In this document: positions 1 to 5,864 of the stretch, piece by piece
How the letters are laid out: the number at the start of each line of letters is the position of its first letter
How positions within the stretch are numbered: the stretch's first letter is position 1
Source: Candidatus Helarchaeota ASGARD archaeon Hel_GB_B
GTDB taxonomy: Archaea > Asgardarchaeota > Lokiarchaeia > Helarchaeales > HEL-GB-B
Assembly (NCBI GenBank): GCA_005191425.1
Contig: SUPR01000136.1
Span: 1-7,209 of the forward strand
DNA: 7,209 bases
Direction of reading: 5' to 3'
The notes under the pieces: generated by a model
What the model saw: the letters and a program-made list of their open reading frames with translations, nothing else
What the model was told of the DNA's origin: nothing
The model's database searches: none
Translations under genes and position numbers: made by a program

Positions 1-1020
1 ATTTTCTGGCTCTTCTATCAAAATAATTCCATTCTTATTTAATATTAATAACGCCAAGATTAACATTTGAGATATAAATTCGTCCCCAAATGATTTTACA
101 TGTACCATTTCTGGATGATTTCTTGTATGCAAATATATTTCACCCTCCGAAGTAATGATATTTTCTATGTAATCATAATTTCTCTTTAACATTGCTAAAT
201 AATCATTAAAATTATTTTTATTTTTTATTATTTTTTTTAATAGTTACTTTAATTTAAAATATGAAATTTCTCCTAAATATTCTATTTCATTTATTTTTTT
301 ATCCGTACCAGTCTTTTTACTGTCTCTAAATGGAATTTTTATTATATCCTTAATTTTTAGAATGCTTTTTAGATATATCTCTTTCATCTCTAAATTATCC
401 TCCACATATCTCTTAATATCATTAATGGAATTCTTTATATTTCTACCACCGCCTAAAAACGCATAATTTTTTATTCCACTTATCTCATTTTTATATGCTA
501 TATAAATCGAAAATTTTTCTAATAACTCCTCTTTTAACATTTCTATTTTTTTATCAATATTTTCCATTATAATTTTGTTATCTGTTTTTATTTTTTTACT
601 TATAAAATTTCTAAGTTCTAACTTAATCTCATTTATAAACAGATTTTTGAATTTCTCTAATATATATGATAACTCTAAACTTCCGACTCTACTTGAAAAT
701 TCTTCCAAACTTTTTGATATAAATAATTCTGATTTTAATCTACCGCCTCTTATACTTATTCTGCAATTATTACTATCATAATTTATAATACTTGCCAGCT
801 CATTAAAGCCACCTCTATTTTTTATTATTTCTTCTAATATACTACCTTTTTTCATCCCATTCCAACAATTCTCTCCATTTATTCCCAATATTAATGACTA
901 TAATATTGAAGATTTCCCCGTATTATTCCGTCCAACAAATATTGTTATTGGTTTCACTTCTTTAATCTCGAATTTGTCTATACACCGATATTTCTCTATT
1001 CTTATTTCTTGTATTTTCAT
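1..1020 (-). pseudogene. ABC-class P-loop ATPase (AAA_15/AAA_21-like, OLD/AbiEii/SMC-like family), interrupted by two in-frame stops; 3' end runs off the window
   Basis: Manual translation from ATG at 1020 gives MKIQEIRIEKYRCIDKFEIKEVKPITIFVGRNNTGKSSIL*SLILGINGENC..., with Walker A GRNNTGKS and TAG at 900-898. The same frame continues through the 244..888 ORF to ...YFKLK* (TAA at 246-244), then LLKKIIKNKNNFNDYLAMLKRNYDYIENIITSEGEIYLHTRNHPEMVHVKSFGDEFISQMLILALLILNKNGIILIEEPEN to base 1. This last piece has a signature-like SFGD and Walker B/D-loop IILIEEPEN. There is no frameshift anywhere. Confidence 0.88.
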
Positions 1021-1078
1021 TTTTAATCATTTATTTATATTCTTTTTTTACTATGTAAATAAAAGATTTTGATTGGAT

Positions 1079-1100
1079 ATGAATTTTGGTAAAAATTCAT
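1079..1100. promoter_or_regulatory. 9-4-9 inverted repeat upstream of the ATPase gene, candidate operator
   Basis: ATGAATTTT (1079-1087) GGTA AAAATTCAT (1092-1100) has perfect arms and lies about 60 bp upstream of the ATG at 1020. Confidence 0.35.
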
Positions 1101-1213
1101 TGTTCGTTTATTTTTTTTCATCTTTTATTATCTTTTATCTAATTTTTTTTGCATTGAATAATGATATATTTTATTCTATCTGTCTTCGTATTAAAATTAT
1201 TCTTATTATAGAT

Positions 1214-1253
1214 TTAAAATCTTGTATATTTTTTATAAATTATTAAAATCTTG
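1214..1253. repeat. 11-bp direct repeat TTAAAATCTTG x2
   Basis: Copies are at 1214-1224 and 1243-1253. The first overlaps a 6-1-6 palindrome, AGATTT-A-AAATCT (1210-1222). The AT-rich background makes chance occurrence possible. Confidence 0.3.
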
Positions 1254-1707
1254 CAATTATTATTATAATAGGGATCTTTTAAGTGGTTATTTTGAAAGAT
1301 ATTTGAAGTATGATAAATTTAATAAAATGGATAATGAGCGCCATAAACGATATAATAGAATTTATTTTTCTTATTATCAGATTTTCAAAAAAAAGAACTC
1401 GGAAAATGTAATTAATTAGGATAAAAGAGGATTATTTTTGATAATAATTGGAGATCATTTATAACATTTAATTACTTTTCTATATTAGATTATATTAATA
1501 GGTATATTAATAATATTTCTTTTCCAGGATATTTTCAGGTTATAATATAAAAAACTAAGAAGTAAATTATATATTAACGAGTATAGGGGGCAATTAAGTG
1601 TTTAAATTATTGATGTATCAGCTTAATCTTAAACTAAAAATGATTAAAAATACCGAATGATACAAAGAGATAAAAATTTAAATAAAATAAGATTTCAAAT
1701 ATTAACA

Positions 1708-1724
1708 AATAAAAGAAAAAATAG
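1708..1724 (-). terminator. Candidate archaeal oligo-U terminator
   Basis: The minus strand reads ...CTATTTTTTCTTTTATT immediately after the stop of the 1728..2261 gene. U-tracts are common in this AT-rich DNA. Confidence 0.3.
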
Positions 1725-1727
1725 AAT

Positions 1728-2261
1728 TTAAAATTTATGTGTAATTTTTTCATTTATAATTTTTTCTGCTTCAAGTGCTCTAATTATTTTTTGAATTTCA
1801 ATTACAGCTTGTGGATAAACCTTCATATATGGAGTTAATCCAGTAAATTGTTCCTCTCTTGTCGTTAAAGTAGGGAGACCTCGCGGTCCAAAATACATTG
1901 TTTCGTTAGTTTTTTGTAGTCCATCTAAATAATTTTTAAGAAATTCAATTTGTTCATCAATTGAGTCCATTTTTGAGATTATTCTTTTAATATTTTCAAG
2001 GTCAAAACCTGGGACTCTTTCACATTTTTTACCGCCTTTTAAGAAACGCAATGCTCGATTTTTGTATAAACATTCGCTATGATATGTTTTAAAGGAGTCG
2101 ACCAGTGCAGATTCAATTCTTTTATTTAATTCTTCGTCAAAATCAAGGCCATTTTCTTCGCATATTTCTTTAAATAATTCAAGATATTTTTTATTAATTT
2201 TTATCTTCAATGCTTCGATTTTTGAATTTTTATCATCATAAATTTCTTCTGAAACTGTCAT
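1728..2261 (-). CDS. Hypothetical protein (177 aa) with a ribbon-helix-helix (CopG/RelB-like) N-terminal region
   Basis: The ORF track gives 1728..2270 from GTG. However, AGGTGA (an archaeal SD-like motif) overlaps that GTG and sits 5 nt before the ATG at 2261, which favours 2261. The segment ALKIKINKKYLELFKEICEENGLDFDEELNKRIESAL has the alternating beta-strand, helix, G-turn, helix pattern of RHH proteins. The C-terminal ~120 aa are unrecognised. Confidence 0.7.
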   Translation of the reverse strand: MTVSEEIYDDKNSKIEALKIKINKKYLELFKEICEENGLDFDEELNKRIESALVDSFKTYHSECLYKNRALRFLKGGKKCERVPGFDLENIKRIISKMDSIDEQIEFLKNYLDGLQKTNETMYFGPRGLPTLTTREEQFTGLTPYMKVYPQAVIEIQKIIRALEAEKIINEKITHKF

Positions 2262-2348
2262 AAATTTCACCTACAAATGAGTTTATTATTCTGATTAAAT
2301 TAAAATCATTAAAGGATTTAAACAATTTGTCTTCACCAACAATACTTA

Positions 2349-2372
2349 TTTTGATAATAATAATTATCAAAA
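2349..2372. promoter_or_regulatory. Perfect 10-4-10 palindrome in the divergent intergenic region, candidate operator
   Basis: TTTTGATAAT (2349-2358) AATA ATTATCAAAA (2363-2372). It lies between the divergent RHH gene and the hdrA-mvh operon. Confidence 0.55.
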
Positions 2373-2398
2373 ATTATTTGATATTAGACAATGAAAAG

Positions 2399-2427
2399 AA
2401 AATTTGTTAAAAAAATTTGTTTAACAA
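2399..2427. repeat. Overlapping direct repeat (AAAATTTGTT x2) and 8-8-8 inverted repeat (TTGTTAAA...TTTAACAA)
   Basis: Direct copies are at 2399-2408 and 2412-2421. The inverted arms are at 2404-2411 and 2420-2427. Confidence 0.35.
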
Positions 2428-2582
2428 TAGAAAAGTAAAATTGTCAAAAACATTTAAAGGAAAAATTTTTTTTATTATTATTTAAAGAAAAAAAGAATTA
2501 TCAAATATGAAAAAAAAAGTAATCAAAAATTGGTTATTATAATAAACAGTAATGTTCATGTGGTATATGCAAAAAATAAAGG

Positions 2583-5117
2583 ATGATAAAAAATATGGAT
2601 ATATATTCGATATTATCTCATCCATTGAGAAGAAAAATTCTATATATTTTGGATAAAGAAGGTTATCTACAATATACTGAATTAATGGAAAGATTAGGAT
2701 TAGAAACAACAGGTCAATTAAATTTTCATTTAAAAAAATTAGGAACGCTTATTAATAAAGACAATAAATCTTATTTTCTCACGAAAGAAGGAAAAATGAT
2801 AGTAAAACTAATGAATTTAAATGAGATGCTAATATCTGGAGAAGATATTGAATATTTAAATCCCAAATTTACCGAAATGAATAGGATTGGCGTGATAATT
2901 TGTAGCTGCAATACGCAAGTTGAAGAGCTTATTGATATTAAAGCCTTAAAAAATTATCTAACTAAAATAAAAAATGTAATTTCAGTAAGAATTTTTGATA
3001 CATTATGTCAAGAGAAAAATTTACTCATGATAACAAACTGGGTAAAAGATAATTTTATTAATAAAATAGTGATAGCCGCATGTTCACCAAGGTCCCATCT
3101 ACATGCTTTTGAACGAATTTTTGAGAGTATAGATAAATATAATATAGAAATTGCTAATATAAGAGAACAGTGTTGTTGGGTACATAAAGGTAATTCTAAA
3201 CAGGCGCTTAAAAAAGCTCAACTTTTAATAGAAGCTGCGATTGAAAGAATATCCTTACAAACAAAATTAAATCTTAAAAAAGTTGAATTAATTAGAAGCG
3301 TAGCGATTTTAGGCGGCGGAATTGCAGGAATGACATTGGCATTAAACCTTGCAAGAGCCGGAATTAAAGTTTATTTAATAGAGAAAGCACCTACTTTAGG
3401 AGGAAAAGTAGCGCGTTGGGAACATATTTATGGTGTAGAAGATTGTTCTATCTGCTTTTTATCCGAATTAATAAGAGAATTAGCTAAAAATCCAAATATT
3501 GAAATTTTTACTAATACGACAATTGAACGAGTATCTGGCGAATTTGGAAATTTTACACTTGAGTTATTAAAAAAGCCTCGTTTTGTTGATGAAAAGCGCT
3601 GCACTGGATGTAAACAATGTATTGAAATATGTCCTATTGAAAAAAAAGACCAATATGAGTTTGGACTTAAAAATAGAAAGTTAATTTATATTCCATTTAT
3701 CCATTCATATCCTTATGCAGCTGTTATTGATGAAGAAGATATAATTAATTGTATTCATTGTAGGACATGCGAGAATATTTGTGTTAATAAAGCAATAAAT
3801 CTAAACCAGCAACCTGAAAAACTCCAAATTAAAGTCGGGATTAAAGTTATTGCAATAGGAGCAGATCTCTATACAAATTTAAAAGAATACCATTATGACC
3901 CTAAAAGCGATATAATTACGTCTGCAGAATTTGAAAGGATATTAGCGAGTGATGGACCAACTTCAGGTAATCTTATTAGGCTTTCCAATAAAAAGCCTCC
4001 TAAAACTATTTCAATAATTCAAACAGTTTGTAATGAAAATTACATTGGCGAATTTTGCGATTATCTTGCTTTAAAATATTTAGAAACAATAAAAATAAGA
4101 TGCCCTGAATGCAAGGTTAATATTTTTTATGAAATAAACAAGAGAAAAAATAAATTCTTATTAGACCCCATGGATAAAAGAGTACATTATGTAAAAAAGA
4201 TTGAAATTTTAAAAAGTGGAAATAAAAAATTCGTTATTACTGACGAGAATAAATATGAAAGCGATTTAATTATATTAAATATTAATTTAATTCCTAATAA
4301 AGACTTACCCAATCTTAGAAAAACTTTTGATTTTACTGTAAATGAAAATGGGTTTATGAGCAAAGAAACTTTGGCATCAGGAATTTATGGGATTGGAACA
4401 ATAATGGGACCTTTAAGTTATCAAAGTACGGTCTCTCAAGCTAATAAATTAGCAATTGAAATTATTTCGTTATTATCAAAGGATTATGTAATAGCTGAAC
4501 CCAGCGGAATTGAAATTAATGAAGATAAATGTGGTTATTGTGGGCTATGTACATTATCATGTCATTACAATGCAATTTCTATTGAAGAAAACCGAATAAA
4601 TGTTGATAGATTCAAATGTAAAGGTTGCGGGACATGTGTTAGTATTTGTCCCACTGGCGCTATTAAAATGAATATTGATATGAATGAGAAAATTCTTAAA
4701 ACAATTGAAGTTTATTCAAAATATCCTGAAAAACCAAAAATTATTGCGTTTTGTTGTCAATCATGTGGTTATGCAGCAGCAGATGAAGCAGGACTTAAAA
4801 AAATAGCATATACCCCCAATATATTTATCGTTAAAGTCCCCTGTACTGGTAGAGTTGATACTTTTTTTATTCTAAAATCATTTGAACTAGGATTTGATGG
4901 GGTTATGGTAATTGGATGTAAACCAAATTCTTGTAGATTTATTAATGGGGCGGAAACCATATCTAAAAAGATACAAATGATTAAAGAAGTATTTGGAGAT
5001 AAGATTAAAGATCATTTAATTCACAAATCTTTAAATGCAGTCGAAGGGAATATCTTTGCTAAAACTGTAAACCAGTTTTATGAAAAATTAAAGGAGGAAG
5101 AATTAAATGAAGCTTAA
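2583..5117 (+). CDS. hdrA: Fusion protein: winged-helix (ArsR-like) DNA-binding domain + heterodisulfide reductase subunit A-like flavo-iron-sulfur protein + MvhD/FlpD [2Fe-2S] domain
   Basis: 844-aa ORF; the true start may be the ATG at 2595, after SD-like GGATGAT. It contains wHTH ILSHPLRRKIL...GQLNFHLKKL...YFLTKEG; HdrA N-domain RIGVIICSC...AACSPRSH...ANIREQCCWVH; Rossmann GGGIAG; DCSIC; inserted ferredoxin CTGCKQCIEICP/CIHCRTCENIC; EFERIL..GPT; C-terminal ferredoxin CGYCGLCTLSC/CKGCGTCVSICP; and MvhD KIIAFCCQSCGYAAAD...VPCTGRVD...DGVMVIGCKPNSC. Confidence 0.93.
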   Translation: MIKNMDIYSILSHPLRRKILYILDKEGYLQYTELMERLGLETTGQLNFHLKKLGTLINKDNKSYFLTKEGKMIVKLMNLNEMLISGEDIEYLNPKFTEMNRIGVIICSCNTQVEELIDIKALKNYLTKIKNVISVRIFDTLCQEKNLLMITNWVKDNFINKIVIAACSPRSHLHAFERIFESIDKYNIEIANIREQCCWVHKGNSKQALKKAQLLIEAAIERISLQTKLNLKKVELIRSVAILGGGIAGMTLALNLARAGIKVYLIEKAPTLGGKVARWEHIYGVEDCSICFLSELIRELAKNPNIEIFTNTTIERVSGEFGNFTLELLKKPRFVDEKRCTGCKQCIEICPIEKKDQYEFGLKNRKLIYIPFIHSYPYAAVIDEEDIINCIHCRTCENICVNKAINLNQQPEKLQIKVGIKVIAIGADLYTNLKEYHYDPKSDIITSAEFERILASDGPTSGNLIRLSNKKPPKTISIIQTVCNENYIGEFCDYLALKYLETIKIRCPECKVNIFYEINKRKNKFLLDPMDKRVHYVKKIEILKSGNKKFVITDENKYESDLIILNINLIPNKDLPNLRKTFDFTVNENGFMSKETLASGIYGIGTIMGPLSYQSTVSQANKLAIEIISLLSKDYVIAEPSGIEINEDKCGYCGLCTLSCHYNAISIEENRINVDRFKCKGCGTCVSICPTGAIKMNIDMNEKILKTIEVYSKYPEKPKIIAFCCQSCGYAAADEAGLKKIAYTPNIFIVKVPCTGRVDTFFILKSFELGFDGVMVIGCKPNSCRFINGAETISKKIQMIKEVFGDKIKDHLIHKSLNAVEGNIFAKTVNQFYEKLKEEELNEA
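2595..2830 (+). other. Winged helix-turn-helix domain (ArsR/HTH_20-like) of the fusion protein
   Basis: MDIYSILSHPLRRKILYILDKEGYLQYTELMERLGLETTGQLNFHLKKLGTLINKDNKSYFLTKEGK matches the archaeal ArsR-like pattern (LSHPxRRxIL; LxxHLxxL; YxLTxxG). The end boundary is approximate. Confidence 0.85.
2877..4730 (+). other. hdrA: HdrA-like region (N-terminal Fe-S domain, FAD domain, inserted and C-terminal 2x[4Fe-4S] domains)
   Basis: It begins MNRIGVIICSC at 2877. GxGxxG is at 3312-3329, and CxxCxxCxxxC motifs start at 3600, 3750, 4530 and 4617. Confidence 0.9.
4731..5117 (+). other. mvhD: MvhD/FlpD ([2Fe-2S], methyl-viologen-reducing hydrogenase delta) domain
   Basis: KPKIIAFCCQSCGYAAADEAG, PCTGRVD, DGVMVIGC-x4-C and NAVEGNIFAKTVNQF match the MvhD consensus with the Cys ligands intact. 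Confidence 0.92.
5092..5097 (+). promoter_or_regulatory. Shine-Dalgarno site for the hydrogenase small subunit
   Basis: AGGAGG lies 9 nt upstream of the ATG at 5107. The genes overlap by 11 nt (5107-5117), consistent with translational coupling. Confidence 0.7.
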
Positions 5118-5853
5118 ATTTTCAATTATTTCTTTAACTTCATGCTCTGGTTGCATTAGCGCATTAATATCATTAGATATTTTTGAGGATTTCTTAGAAA
5201 AAGTTGATTTAGTCTATTTTCCATTTATAATGGACGAAAAACGAATCGAAGAGTGTGATGTATTTTTAATAGAAGGGTGTGTTATTGACGATGAACAAAT
5301 TAAATTATTAAAACAAATAAGAAGAAAAGCAAGAAAAGTGGTTGCATTTGGGACATGCGCAGCATTTGGAGGAATATTAAATTTATCAGAAGATATAAAT
5401 GGAGAACCAATTTCTAATTATATTGAAATTGATGGAATAATCCCGGGCTGCCCACCTCCTTTAAAAATATTGGGCAATTCACTTATTAATTTATTAGAAA
5501 ATAAGAAAATTGTACTTCCAGAAAAGAATTTATGTTATGACTGTCCTCTTAAGGAAAATATTCAGAAAAATTTTGAAATTTCTATTGATGAATTAATGGA
5601 CGAAGGGTATAAGACGGAGAAAGTAATACCTAAATGTTTCTTGGAAAAAAATATACTGTGTTTAGGACCTATTACAAGAGCTGGTTGTGATTGTAGCTGT
5701 ATAAAATTAGGTATACCTTGTGAAGGATGTATGGGGCCACTTAAACAGGATTATACCTCAACAATAATAAATTTTCTTAGTTTACTTAATCTTTCAGATG
5801 ATTTAAGAAAATATAAAAGCATATTTTTTCGTTTTTCAAAACCTAATTTATAA
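5107..5853 (+). CDS. mvhG: Group 3 [NiFe]-hydrogenase small (Fe-S) subunit, MvhG/VhuG-like
   Basis: Proximal cluster ligands CSGC, GTCAAFGG and PGCPP are present, as are the medial/distal ligands CYDC, KCFL, LCLGPITRAGC and CIKLGIPCEGCMGP. There is no Tat leader, so it is cytoplasmic. Confidence 0.9.
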   Translation: MKLKFSIISLTSCSGCISALISLDIFEDFLEKVDLVYFPFIMDEKRIEECDVFLIEGCVIDDEQIKLLKQIRRKARKVVAFGTCAAFGGILNLSEDINGEPISNYIEIDGIIPGCPPPLKILGNSLINLLENKKIVLPEKNLCYDCPLKENIQKNFEISIDELMDEGYKTEKVIPKCFLEKNILCLGPITRAGCDCSCIKLGIPCEGCMGPLKQDYTSTIINFLSLLNLSDDLRKYKSIFFRFSKPNL

Positions 5854-5864
5854 AGTTGATAAAA

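Noticed and set aside
575-781. 68-aa plus-strand ORF
   Set aside because: It is an antisense shadow of the ATPase, has a composition typical of reverse-frame AT-rich DNA, and carries no motif.
244-888. 214-aa ORF as a stand-alone hypothetical gene
   Set aside because: It is the middle fragment of the 1020-to-<1 ATPase frame; Walker A lies upstream and Walker B downstream in the same frame.
898-900. Pyrrolysine or genetic-code reassignment explaining the in-frame TAG
   Set aside because: The second interruption is TAA, which Pyl cannot decode, and TAA is the functional stop of all three operon genes and of the RHH gene. Nonsense mutation or sequencing error is more parsimonious.
1222-1419. 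65-aa plus-strand ORF
   Set aside because: It has a TTG start, no RBS, low-complexity Y/N/K/F composition expected from AT-rich DNA, and no recognisable motif.
1212-1700. Possible MITE bounded by ATTTAAAATCTT (1212-1223) and AAGATTTCAAAT (1689-1700)
   Set aside because: The inverted match is only 11/12, does not extend, and has no target-site duplication. This is expected by chance at this AT content.
2440-2580. Specific TATA/BRE assignment for the operon promoter
   Set aside because: There are several equally good TTTAAA/TTATAA/TATATG candidates in near-pure AT sequence, and they cannot be told apart without TSS data.
2482-2709. 75-aa minus-strand ORF
   Set aside because: It overlaps the wHTH coding region antisense, and its F/I-rich composition is the shadow of A-rich sense DNA.
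4769-4960. 63-aa minus-strand ORF
   Set aside because: It is antisense to the well-conserved MvhD domain.
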